DNA of 64,000 nt. Source: Macrostomum hystrix. Its lineage: Eukaryota > Animalia > Platyhelminthes. Numbering within the stretch: position 1 is the stretch's first letter; each line of letters opens with the position of its first letter. The notes beneath the pieces were generated by a model. The model saw only the letters and a program-made list of their open reading frames with translations. It searched no databases and was not told the DNA's origin. Where the stretch lies: NCBI GenBank assembly GCA_950097015.1, contig CATNEN010000011.1, positions 4,712,001-4,776,000 of the forward strand, given 5' to 3'. Positions 23,291-34,367 of this stretch are shown piece after piece. Both the position numbers and the translations under genes were made by a program.

Positions 23291-24497
23291 AGATGTGGAA
23301 TTCGACCGGCACTTTATTTACAGACTTTAAATAAAGTATGACTAAAACTCGTTGTAAAAAATCTTCTCGTCAGAAATCTCTGTAAGAAAAAGTTTTAACA
23401 TAGTTTTTATTTTCGATTTTGACCACTTACAATTAATTCTCTACTAAACATTGCTCATATATTGCTTATATTTTAATTTTTCATTGCCCTTTTTTAATTT
23501 TGCTTATTTGCTTACTGCTTTGCTTGGTATTGTGTGTTGCTTATTTTTTGCTTATTAGTTTGTGTTTTTCATAGACTTGGCTATTATGTGCTCTATGATA
23601 ATGCAAAGATATGATATTAATTTTCCAGTCTTTTTATATTATTTCTAGAACCTGAAGTGAGAAAAATGCTCCAGATATCTACTCCAAAAAACCTTTACAC
23701 TTTCTTAAACAGTTTTCATGCGGCTAAATGAATCTCGACTTGGCTGTTATGTGCTCTTAAGATATTATGAACGGGTGTCTATAAATGGAATTAAAATATT
23801 AGGGAGTGCCTTACCGCTCGGGCACATTCAGCTACCAAGGTAACACGTTACTCACGTGAGACCAAAGTGCAAATAACAGAAATTAGGGCAAATAGAAACC
23901 GCACAGCCAGAACGTCTGCTACAATGGCAACCGCAAAAAGACCGCTGTTTGTGCATTGGCGACTGTAAAACCATGCTTTGACTGCATCCTAAAATCTATC
24001 TAATGATTCCATTCAATGATTAGTAGCTTCTCGTCTACCTGCTACAAATTTAGTACGAACTGCTTCATTTTGTTACGAAGTATGCTATAAATTCTGTAGT
24101 TAAAATGTTTTTTACCATTTTGTATTTGACGTATTATGTAATTAAAGTTTATTCCAACTTAGTTAAAGAAACATCCAATTGGTTTGAGGACCTGCAATAC
24201 AGGCCACCCGTCCTGTTGAACTTTTGAGTTCTTTAGTCCCCTTAGTCGGCAAATTATTTTCCTTTATAAAAGTAATGAATATGAAAGTACGTAGTAAATG
24301 AATTAAACTAATAAATATGCCTTCACATACAACCTACACATACATACCAAGTGTAACCAAGTAGTGTGCCAGTAACAAAACCAGTCCTATTATTGTTTTT
24401 TTATTTTTTGTTGACTAAATAAGTATAGGAAGTAAGCACTAAAGTAAGTCATTTGGGCTCTTACTATTAAGTAATGTTACTTTATTAAGTAACTTTA

Positions 24498-24750
24498 GAA
24501 GAATCTCACCCTGAGATCTCACCCTAGGATTGTAAGAATAGATAGCCTTAAAGACATACATTAGATGTGATCCCTATCTCATACCTTAAAAACGTGTCTT
24601 AAGGTGCATCTCACCCTATAAGAAAAATCTCACCCTGAGATCCCATCCAGAGATTATAAGAATAGATAGTCTTAATGACATATATAACAAGTGACTCGTA
24701 TTACTCCTACCTTAAAATATGTCTAATATAAAGGTGAATCTCACACACAT
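24498..24750. repeat. ~125-bp duplicated unit (GAATCTCACCCTGAGATC..GATT[G/A]TAAGAATAGATAG..TTAA[A/T]GACATA)
   Basis: Two copies and a partial third are visible. Confidence 0.7.
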
Positions 24751-24982
24751 CGAAAAAATCCTAGCCATCCCCGGAGGATGTGCTCAGAAAGAGGGAGAAA
24801 AAAAAGCAATAAATTAAGGGGTACTTAGCTGGTTAACTTAGCTGAGCAGAACGCCGAATCGGTAGTGGGCACGAACGCGGATCGCAGAGCCAGAGCCGAC
24901 TCAGGCCAGGTAAAGACAATGTAGCTGTCCAGTCGGGATAGCTAGCTATTAAGAAAGAAACTAAAGCAGAACTATAGGAAGA

Positions 24983-25366
24983 ACTAGTGGATAGATACTA
25001 GTGGATAGATACTAGTGGATAGATACTAGTGGATAGATACTAGTGGATAGATACTAGTGGATAGATACTAGTGGATAGATACTAGTGGATAGATACTAGT
25101 GGATAGATACTAGTGGATAGATACTAGTGGATAGATACTAGTGGATAGATACTAGTGGATAGATACTAGTGGATAGATACTAGTGGATAGATACTAGTGG
25201 ATAGATACTAGTGGATAGATACTAGTGGATAGATACTAGTGGATAGATACTAGTGGATAGATACTAGTGGATAGATACTAGTGGATAGATACTAGTGGAT
25301 AGATACTAGTGGATAGATACTAGTGGATAGATACTAGTACTAGTGGATAGATACTAGTGGATAGAT
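24983..25366. repeat. Nearly perfect 14-bp satellite (ACTAGTGGATAGAT) x~27
   Basis: Direct inspection; one interruption near 25338. Confidence 0.97.
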
Positions 25367-25369
25367 TTT

Positions 25370-25420
25370 CAATTGCTCGATCGAGCACTTTCGGCTGGGT
25401 TTGCCTTCTTCAGGAGCGGG
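25370..25420 (-). ncRNA. Minimal type-I hammerhead ribozyme motif of the Penelope pLTR class
   Basis: Minus strand CGCTC-CTGAAGA-A-GGC-AAACCCA-GCC-GAA-AGTGCT-C-GATCG: core CUGAAGA and GAAA, 3-bp stem II, self-complementary AGUGCU stem III (with G.U), CUC cleavage triplet, 5-bp stem I with one mismatch. Confidence 0.75.
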
Positions 25421-25679
25421 TGTACTTGTAATATATAAATAATCAACATATGCAGTGTGCGCAGGGGACAGGAGCGATTGAAAGGTGAGCAAGGGAGAGA
25501 GGCAGCGAATAGGCGAGCGCGCGAGGGTCTGCACAGCGCTGAGGGAGGGGGGAGGGTGGAAACGAAAGGAAGGCATTGGTTGGGGCCCTTATCGCGCCTA
25601 GTCAGAGATAACTTCTCGCTCAAAATTCAACCCGCGAGTTACGCAACTACGCCGCGAGGAGGGAAGGGTGATTAAATCA

Positions 25680-26960
25680 ATAACTAACGCCAGTCGCACA
25701 AAATTGCAAGTTTATTTTTTATGCAATATGCAGTTAGAATCGCAATGCTTATTACCGCGTGTGGTAATAAACATTGCACGCAGAGCCCCAGCGTGCTATT
25801 GCACAGCCCCTCGCACTCAGAAGAGCTGTGACTCTGCAGGGCATCCCCGAGATGAGGCGGCGCAGAAAGTCCTGGGGAAGTTGCTGCCAAGCGTTTGCAA
25901 TGGAGTGACGCAGCTCCGCAACATTCAGTGGTGCAGCATTATCTTTTCGAATGCTGCACTTTAGAAAGTCCTAGACATGCTCGATTGGATTCATGTCTGG
26001 GGACCGGGAAGGCCAGCGCAGAGTGCGGATCTGTAGCTGCTGTTTCACTTGACCAACAGCATCAGAATCAGCATCAGCATCAACACCAACAGCATCAGCT
26101 CGGTGTGACGGCGCGTTATCATCCTGCATGCAGTTGCCAACTCCTCCGAAAGTAGCGTCGGCAAACGGTAGGAACCGAGTCTGCAGAAGATCTGCGTAGC
26201 TATTAGCATTCACGTTGGCATCCAGGAAGACGATATCCGTCCTTGAATGTAGCGAGATGCTGGCCCAGACTGCACTGAGGCAGCCTGGCTCTCAGAGCAC
26301 TGTACATGCTGCTGCAGCATCTGATGCCGATTCTCGTCAAACGCGGGTGCGACCATCTATACTTGGAAAAGTCGGAACCGGCTCTCGTCAGTGAGAACGA
26401 CGCGTCGCCACTGCTGCTGCCTCCAGTGGACGCGCTGCATCGCCCACTACTCTCGGCTGGCGATGTGGGCAGGACTGAGTCGAGGCCGCTTGCGCATCTT
26501 GCGAGAGCGGGCCGGCCTCTCGAATTCGACGTCGAACTGTCTGGGCGCTCAGGATGCTTCCTGCTCTGCTTCTGTCACCCCACATCAGACGGAGCAGGGT
26601 GGCTGGCAGGGTGGGAGTTCGCCTGACTATTCGCAGCAGACGGCGATTTGTTCTGGCTGTTGAGCCTCGGAGACCAAGACGCTGACTGCCTTTCGCAGCG
26701 TATTCCACGCTGCCAGTCTCACAGGACTTTGTCAGCCGTTTTCGAAGTGCCGCTCGCGATCTTCCAAATCTGCGAGCAACTTCGCTGATGGACACACCGA
26801 CTTCCAGCTTTCCAACAGCACAGCAATTTGCCGATATTTCGAATTGAAAATTCTTCATGGCAGAAAAAAAACGAATTTTATTTGGCGCGATAAGCTGTGT
26901 ATATACTTCATATAAAGTTTTAAATACCGATCTAAATCGATAGAAAGAGAGAGAGTACAT
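25680..26960 (-). mobile_element. Tc1/mariner (DD34E) transposase relic
   Basis: HTH region SISEVARRFGRSR..; VLTDESRF; SVWASIS; QDDNAPSH..WPSRSPDMNPIEHV*(TGG>TAG)DFL..AWQQLPQDFLRRLISGMP. Frameshifts and stops; TIRs not found. Confidence 0.92.
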
Positions 26961-27204
26961 TATGATGGGTTAAAGTCACTAAGAAAAGCGGAGCTGGTGT
27001 TTAAAATTGTACAGGTGGGCGGTCGGAATGACCTTAAAGCGAAATAGCCGAGCAAAAATAAATGAAAAAAGGGGAGCAAAGTACTAATTCATAGGAAGCA
27101 GTCACACTAAAAAATAAAGGAAATAGTGCACGGGCAACGAATACGCCGTCAAACTAATAAAGTTTAACTCGCGTAAACAAACATAAAAAACAACAGATCG
27201 GTAC

Positions 27205-27395
27205 TGTGCACGGATGGACTCAGTCCATAGGTTCTAGCCTACTGTGGCAGAGTAGCTCCCGCAGGCTCTTGCCCTTGGTGTAGGTGGGCTACACAGGGGC
27301 CTCACAGGGCCGAGCCAACTGGCCTCTCACCTTGGCAACTAAGGCTTCAGATGCCGCACAATGGGGCATCTCGTTGATGTGCTCTGTCATTGCCA
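27205..27395 (-). mobile_element. Penelope-like RT C-terminal/linker fragment
   Basis: ..APV*PTYTKGKSLRELLCHSRL resembles the PLE linker motif Y[KR][KR]GKSL[KR]D.LV.A.L. Confidence 0.45.
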
Positions 27396-27399
27396 GCCT

Positions 27400-27640
27400 T
27401 CCCAGCTGATGCAACTCCGCCGGCTACACCTCCTGCAGCACCAAGCTCAGAGCACTTGCGATGATGGGGATGAGTGTTAGCAAAGGAAGAATCCCGCCTG
27501 TCTTCTCATCAGTGATATTGTGTGTTTGATTGTTACAATGGATTTGATTTTGGATTGGATCTACTTTCACTTTTGTACCTTTTGTTTTCAAAACACCGGG
27601 TTTCTTAGAGTCGATAAATCTGCTGATTTTATTCACTGTT
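27400..27640 (-). mobile_element. Polinton/Maverick (adintovirus) pX-like ORF fragment
   Basis: TDEKTGGILPLLTLIPIIASAL, then a frameshift to LGAAGGVAGGVASA. Matches the hydrophobic motif of adenovirus pX (RGGILPLLIPLIAAAIGAV) and Polinton homologs. Confidence 0.7.
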
Positions 27641-27699
27641 ATGATTTCAGTCCTTTTTTTATTTTTATTTTATTTCTGTACCATGTGGAATCAATAGAA

Positions 27700-27940
27700 G
27701 CTCAGCTCTGGTGAATGATCGTGTGGGGGCTTTTGGATGGCGGCGGTCTGCAGGGCGTCGGCGAAGGCGGGGTCCTCCTCCAGGCCGCACCAGTCGTTGA
27801 GGATGCCGCCCAGAGTGGAGTGCAGCTGGTGGACGCGGTAGTGCCGGGCAACCAGCTGCTCGTAGGCTTTGGCAACCGCCTGCGTGGCGGGTAATTGAAG
27901 TTCAGGGAAATTGGCTGATTCAAACTCGCTGAACATGCCA
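27700..27940 (-). mobile_element. Penelope-like RT thumb/linker fragment
   Basis: YRVHQLHSTLGGILNDWCGLEEDPAFADALQTAAIQKPP resembles the PLE consensus TYHP.L..L..IL...W..L..DP.L...F...P..AYRRP. Confidence 0.45.
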
Positions 27941-28079
27941 GGACCGCTTGCTGCAGCGCTAAACTAAATTGCTATTATTCGCGTTCTTTTCTCTATGCCT
28001 ATTTCTTGTCATGCCTGCTTTCTAGCATCTCTATGCCCTCTCAACCAACTCAATTTCCGCTCTCAATAGTTTCTTTTTC

Positions 28080-28700
28080 TGCTCTCTCACATGTCTCTTT
28101 CCGCCCTCTACGAAGTCTCTTTCCGCTCTCTCCCATGTCTCCTTCCGCTCTTTACTGTCTCTTTCCGCTCTCTACGAAGCCTCTTTCCGCTCTCTACGAA
28201 GTCTCTTTCCGCTCTCTCCCATGTCTCCTTCCGCTCTTTACCATGTCTCTTTCCGCTCTCTACGAAGTCACGAAGTCTCTTTCCGCCCTCTTCGAAGTCT
28301 CTTTCCGCCCTCTACGAAGTCTCTTTCCGCTCTCTACGAAGTCTCTTTCCGCTCTCTCCCATGTCTCCTTCCGCTCTTTACCATGTCTCCTTCCGCTCTT
28401 TACCATGTCTCCTTCCGCTCTTTATCATGTCTCCTTTCGCTCTTTACCATGTTTCTTTCCGCTCTTTACCATGTCTCCTTCCGCTCTTTACCATGTCTCC
28501 TTCCGCTCTTTACCATGTCTCCTTTCGCTCTTTACCATGTCTCCTTTCGCTCTTTACCATGTTTCTTTCCGCTCTCTACGAAGTCTCTTTCCACCCTCTA
28601 CAAAGTCTCTTTCCACTCTCTACGAAGTCTCTTTCCGCTCTCTCCAATGTCTCCTTCCGCTCTTTACCATGTCTGTTTCCGCTCTCTCACAGTTCTCTTT
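28080..28700. repeat. 22-bp composite minisatellite (TCTTTCCGCTCTCTACGAAGTC / TCCTTCCGCTCTTTACCATGTC)
   Basis: Two interleaved variant units. The overlapping SFRSL ORFs are repeat artefacts. Confidence 0.9.
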
Positions 28701-29182
28701 ACACGCTCTCTTCACTGTATTTTTACGCTCTCTACCATCTCTCTCTCCACCGTCTCTTCCTCCCTCTATTATCTCGCCTTTCGCTCTCTCCCGCTCCCAC
28801 TGCAGCGGAGCATCTGTGCAACTCTCCCCAGGCAGCTGAGTCCCCTGCTGAATACTCGTAATTGCCAAAGCAGGAGACACGATGCATCACATTGGTTAGC
28901 TTTGCTAGTAGGATGCCCCATTTTCTGATGTGGCCTCTCTGCACATTCGACGAAATGACGCGACCACCTTGGATATTGGTACTGTCGTAAAGTACTCGTA
29001 AGGACATTAGGGACGAACTATAAATCATAAATACATTCGTAGCCGTTGTCAAAACTACAGCCAATCAGGAAAACTGGTTGATATGCTACTACGCATATGT
29101 TCCGTACTACCCATGTTTAAAACACAGCTAATCTCAGCACCAGTTGTCTTGTCAGAATCTTCAAAGTACAGAAGTTTCGCAT

Positions 29183-31365
29183 CACGAACTACGAGAGACT
29201 GCACCATGTCTGTCTCAGCTGTGTCTGCTATTAAATGAAATTAAATGCGGGATCCGGCGAACTCCAATATGAAGTCCAAGAATACTAGGTAGTGTAGTAG
29301 TAGCGCTGCCACCAGGGCGTCAGGACTTCTGCCTTCGGTGAGGTGAAGGATCCTTGGCCCGAAAGAGATAAAGTCACGAAGTCTCGAGAAGCACACAGTC
29401 CAGAGTTTCAGTTGCAATTACAGGCTGTCAGTGTCCTGCGTAGCTCGGATGGTGGGGTGGAAGGCTAAGTTAGTTTCGGGACTTAGCCAGAACTGAGCTT
29501 ACGTGCAGTCACATGCAGAGACTGAAGTAGGAAACTTCATAGTCAAACTTAGACACTGACGGCACCGTGACTATAACGAAGTCAGAGTATCGCTATCAGA
29601 GAAGAACCAGAACTAGAACGACGCTTCTACAATCGACTAACGACTTCTAAAGAGCCAGAGGAGCGGGGCCTTTCTTTTATAGGCAGGGGCCTCCCATAGG
29701 GTCAGTGCAGAGTTGGAAAACACGTGATGGAATCACGTGGTTTCTAAAAATAGCAACTGACGTCAGTGGCGCCAGAAACGTCACTCCTACGTAGGTTCCT
29801 GTCCCATAATCAAAGCCCCAAGTGCAGTAAACATGTTTACTTGCACTTTAAAAGACAAAGAGAGAGGCCAGTCACATGAGGAGAATCACGTGCTGACTGA
29901 GTGCAGACAACCACACACAAAGAAAAGGACAAGGGACAACAAAGCCAGCGCGGGACAAAGAGGTGATGACTCATCCCTGGGGGGGAAGAGACAGCACACT
30001 CAAAGTACAGGCGCGGCCGGGGAAGGGAGGGGCAGAGAGGGGCAGACCAGACAACGCCAGAGAGGGCGGGCCGGGCAGCCACTCAATGCAAGCAAAAAGG
30101 GGGCACCTAAGCTACCTTGCAGGTGGGGCTACTGACAGCTAGTGAGACACCAATAGGCCCCTAAGCAGTGGCTCACTACATTATGATTTGAAGTCAGATT
30201 TTGTGTTTGTGAATGTGTTAACAGACAATTAGCACTGATCATTCGGATTCCAGTGTCATAAAATGAAAGTCATGGCGACTTTATTCACCGGGGTTGGTGT
30301 CCTACCAATCGTTTAATAGAAGCAGGGCGACCTAAAAATCGTTAAGGATTTGGGTAGCGAGATACCGAGATAACAGATAAGCAACGAAGACCCACGCGTC
30401 GTGGTGAAACTCCCAATGAAAAAGAACGAACACAGACTGAACAAAAGCTCGGAAGGAATTTGATTGGTGAGTGATTTAATCTTTTTAGACTGGCCGACTC
30501 TAGATATAAGAATAACATTTGATTTCACTCTCGTTTACTTACTCATCTTGATACAAAAGATTGTACTCGACAAAAATGAGGAGATTCGCACAGCGCGCTC
30601 ACAGCGGCAAGCAAAAATAGGTGTCGGCTCCGCTCAACAAGTCCATGGGTGTGTTCGTTAGTGGAAACGAGAGCTCATTCATCGATGTGAGCACAGCTGA
30701 CGGCATTGAGGATCTGTTCGTGCCCGAGCCTAGTGTCAGCTACTTCTGGAGGGCACAGCTCAAAGTTTGCCCCCAGTGGGTCACAAAATTGGCGATCTAG
30801 TGATCTTTAGAGCATTTTTTGCTCCGCTTGCATGTTTCAGTGTCAGCAGTGAAAATTTAGATCGTATTTGCTTATTGCTAAATATCGTTCAATCACACAA
30901 ATGTTATTTTCGGATTTAGTGTGTCATGTGCAGGCATCACCTCTTGCAGGCATCAGTACGGAAGATTTCTGCGCACAAAAAATGCGAAGTTCAGCACCTG
31001 GAATCGTAGCCTTCTCAACAAATACAGGGATTTTCTGGTATCGTCATGTTAGGACAGCTGAGATGAAGCCTCACAGCTACCTATACCGACCAGTTCGTGC
31101 CTCCCGTGCAGGGTTTATGGGATTTGGCGTCGTGCATCAGAACAGAAACGTCAATTTTTACAACCAGAGCAGTCTCCAACAGCTGCCTTATAATTAAACG
31201 CACGCGTATTACCCCAATATCAGCGGATATGATTGCCTAAAGATAGGCTAGGACCATCAGTCGGGCTGTGTTGCCGGATGCATCGAATGCTTCGGGATTG
31301 TCCAAGGCAGCCTAGGCATTGTGCAACTCAACAGACTCAACGAATGGTGCAGCAATAAAAGCTGA
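29183..31365 (+). pseudogene. PAN-LamG paralog D, interrupted and pseudogenised
   Basis: Exon 1 remnants at 29183-29229 (cacgaactacgagagactgca; tctcagctgtgtctgct), a ~1.4-kb insertion, exon 2 part at 30620-30770 (VSAPLNKSMGVFVSGNESSFIDVSTADGIEDLFVPEP), and exon 3 with two in-frame stops (..GFGVVHQ..YN*..CLKIG*..GCIECFGIVQGSL..NEWCSNKS*). Confidence 0.8.
29426..30137 (-). mobile_element. LTR-like promoter block inserted in pseudogene D
   Basis: TGTCAGT...ACTGACA termini; minus-strand TATAAAA (29675-29681); two CACGTG (29721, 29734) and TGACGTCA (29758). No TSD, PPT or coding region found. Confidence 0.35.
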
Positions 31366-31983
31366 AGATTATTTGTCAGATCGGTAGAGGTTGCTACTAG
31401 ATACAATAAGTTTCGGGGCTGGGTTTTGCTAGTCTGAAAAAAGTATACTCGAGCCCTTTTAATTTTCCTCCGTTTAATGTTCATCACTGTAACATCTCCC
31501 TTTAACGGGATATTGTTTGTCTACGATTTTCACACTGTTTCCGTTAAAGTAGAATTTACCTGCTTATTTGACACTTTTGTTAGCAAGCCTTGATTAAATT
31601 AGTTCTTGACAAATGTCATTACGTTTTTCAAAGCCATTTTCTGCATTTGATCCAATAATTTCCTGAGCTTTCGACAAACAAACAATGAGAAGTCCATTCC
31701 GTTGATTGAATTCACAAAGAGCAACTACGGAAGCAAATATGAGGAACAGCATCTGCCAATACTAACTGCATTGTTGGTTCAGCTATAGGGGGTTAACATT
31801 GAGCCTGTGTGACAGTGTCCATCGCAATAATTTATTGGGGAAGATTGTGACAGATCATGATCGCAGAGGCATATAAAGACCCCCGAGTCAATAAGGCTTT
31901 TAACAGCTTTGCGATTTGCTGCTAACAGCCTTGTTAAAAAACCACTATTTTTTATCACCGCAAACTGTCAAGTCCATTCTGGT

Positions 31984-33318
31984 ATGCTGCATTACACAGG
32001 TCTAGCTTTAGTCCTGCTAATTTTTGGTCCGTTCAACCACTGCACCTGCTTTACCCAGCTTCAAAGAGACTTTGAATCGGAGTTGCATGAGTACCTTGCA
32101 AACAACATCAGCGGCTATAGTCCCTGGCTGCGACCTACGCTAGACCCCATGGCGGTGGTGAGCGTGTCTGTCATTGCATCCATAAGCCAGATTATATCGG
32201 TGGACAGTGCTGAGCAGAGCGTGAAAATTGCTTCCATGTTTTTTGCCACCTGGTATGAGGAGCGTCTTGTCTGGGATCCGGCAATGTTCGGCAACATCTC
32301 CGTGGTTGACTGGGACAGCAGTCGCGTTTGGTTTCCAGTGATATTTGTCTACAACGGCGTGGGCGAGAACCAGCTGTTGAGTCCGCAGTTCCCTGCCTAC
32401 ATCACATCGGTGTCGGTCAACAAGTCTGTGGTTTCCGCAGTCTGGAAACAGAAGTGGGACTTCAGCTGCCAATTCAATATGAGACGCTTTCCGTTTGATC
32501 GGCACACATGTGACATGCAGCTGATGATGAATGACCAGGGCAGAGGGGGTTATAAAATCCTTCCTAGAGAGGGCAACCTTCTAATGGATCCGTCGGTTAA
32601 GTACAATGAGTTATCTGCGTACGCTAACAACAATGAATGGATAATGCATAACCTAAGCACTTTTGTGCGCTATCAATACTTTCAAATATTTGACGGCGTG
32701 CAACCAGTGGCGCTGCCTATTTACGTGATGCGCATGGAGATTGAGCGAGTCTCCGCCTACTACATGCTGAACGTCGTGACGCCTCTGCTGCTGCTGACGC
32801 TGCTGCAGGTGCTCGTCTTCTTCGTGCCCGTCGAGTCCGGCGAGAAGCTGAGCTTTGGCATCACCATCATGCTGAGCTACACCGTGTTCCTGCTGCTGCT
32901 CGACGGAATCCTGCCAAAGTCGCAGTCGACGCCAGCCGTGGCCTCCTTCATCACCGCCGCCATGACGCTGTCGACAATGTCGCTGCTGCTCACGTCGGTT
33001 ATCATTCGCTTCCACTTCGCTCCGAAGACGTCACCGATGCCGATATGTCTTCGCTGCGTGTTCGTGAGCGGCCTGGGCCGCCTCCTGTGCGTTCAGCGAC
33101 CCGGCGGCGAAAGTAGGACAATAATTCGACCAAAGGAAGTCACAGGTGACGATGCCAGTAAGACAGTCGGGGATATTGGTACGAAGCCCCCAGAGTCAGA
33201 CGCAATCCGCTCCGACTGGCAGGTGGCTGCGGCAGCTCTGGAGCGGCTCTGCATTCTGCTGGGCTGCCCCGCAACAGCTGCGGTTCTGCTGGCTTTCCTC
33301 ATCGTGCCGCTAGCTTGA
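31984..33318 (+). CDS. Intronless Cys-loop ligand-gated ion channel subunit, divergent nAChR-like (444 aa from ATG 31984)
   Basis: Signal peptide; W..ERLVWDP; WFPVIFVYN; Cys-loop CQFNMRRFPFDRHTC; NNEW; four TM helices with GEKLSFGITIMLSYTVFLLLL (cation-type M2); short M3-M4 loop ending DWQVAAAALERLC. No vicinal Cys in loop C and no loop B Trp. Confidence 0.93.
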   Translation: MLHYTGLALVLLIFGPFNHCTCFTQLQRDFESELHEYLANNISGYSPWLRPTLDPMAVVSVSVIASISQIISVDSAEQSVKIASMFFATWYEERLVWDPAMFGNISVVDWDSSRVWFPVIFVYNGVGENQLLSPQFPAYITSVSVNKSVVSAVWKQKWDFSCQFNMRRFPFDRHTCDMQLMMNDQGRGGYKILPREGNLLMDPSVKYNELSAYANNNEWIMHNLSTFVRYQYFQIFDGVQPVALPIYVMRMEIERVSAYYMLNVVTPLLLLTLLQVLVFFVPVESGEKLSFGITIMLSYTVFLLLLDGILPKSQSTPAVASFITAAMTLSTMSLLLTSVIIRFHFAPKTSPMPICLRCVFVSGLGRLLCVQRPGGESRTIIRPKEVTGDDASKTVGDIGTKPPESDAIRSDWQVAAAALERLCILLGCPATAAVLLAFLIVPLA

Positions 33319-33329
33319 CGATGACGAAT

Positions 33330-33515
33330 AGGAGCCTGTGTGGCCGACAGCACGGCTGCAAACGGCTGTTCAGTCCATGGACTGGGGGGACGCCACACCC
33401 ACCCTCAATCACCCCAGCTAATGCTGGTGCCCATTTAAAAGCTGGGTGAACTGTAGCAATGCAGAGTTAAGTTGCTCCAGCGGAGTTGGGAATCGAACCG
33501 CCGACTTTCGCGCAA
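33330..33515 (-). mobile_element. SINE family A copy immediately 3' of the channel stop codon
   Basis: ctgttcagtccatggactggggggacgccacac..aatgctggtgcccatttaa..ggtgaactg matches 9608-9700; B-box complement GGGAATCGAACC. Confidence 0.8.
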
Positions 33516-34367
33516 GCGTGTAATAATGTCCAAATTTAACATCGAGCAGCTGCCAGCTTCCACTGTACTTCAGTTCGCCTAGCCGTGAAATGTGTTAACA
33601 GCAACAGTTGGGGTAGAAACTAGTGCGTGTTTAGCGGCCTGTTCAGTCCACTCACTAAACTGCCAGCTCTAGAACCTCTAGAGCCTCTAGAAGTGACGCT
33701 CGCAATAGCTTGACTACTTGTTTTACAATAGGCCCAACTGGTGTAATGTGCCCTTTCAGAATAATAGCCCGTCTATAAAGTTCCTACTCTTTCAATTACC
33801 TTTATAATATTCTTCTGCTTCAGGGTTTAAACATCTATTAGTCAACAAATCCAGGCTTAATATTTTTTTTTGTTTTATTTGTTTGAGCTGTTAGACTGTT
33901 GTGCAGGGGGGGAAAATGTGGCTAATTCCTAGGTAATTAAAGCTTGTTTTCACGAGCAAACAAATTGGAAAGAGATTTTTTTATTTGATCGGACTTGGCT
34001 ATCTTTATCTAATAATCTGCCTAGCAGTTTTGCAATGCAAACGCAGAATTTACGGCATTCTTGTAAGTCGTACTAATGTACTGACAACAAAAATTACCCT
34101 TACAAATTATCTAACCTCTGTCAACAATGGCTGTTGAGCCAATTTGTCCTATTCAGCAAACAAACAGAAATTAATATGCCAAAAGGCAATGTCAAACAAC
34201 TGCGAGCCTCAGCAAATAGTGTCAGTTAGACCATGATTGATATTCTCTTCAGGAATACATTGTTAAACTAGCTTCGCTGTGCGACAACTGACGCCCAGTA
34301 CGATGCTGACGACCAAAGTCTCATTGTTGTAAGCAGATCGAAGCATTTTAGCAAAGCACCGGCTGGA

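Noticed and set aside
24983-25366. Telomeric repeat
   Set aside because: The 14-bp unit has no TTAGGG-like G-run and is interstitial.
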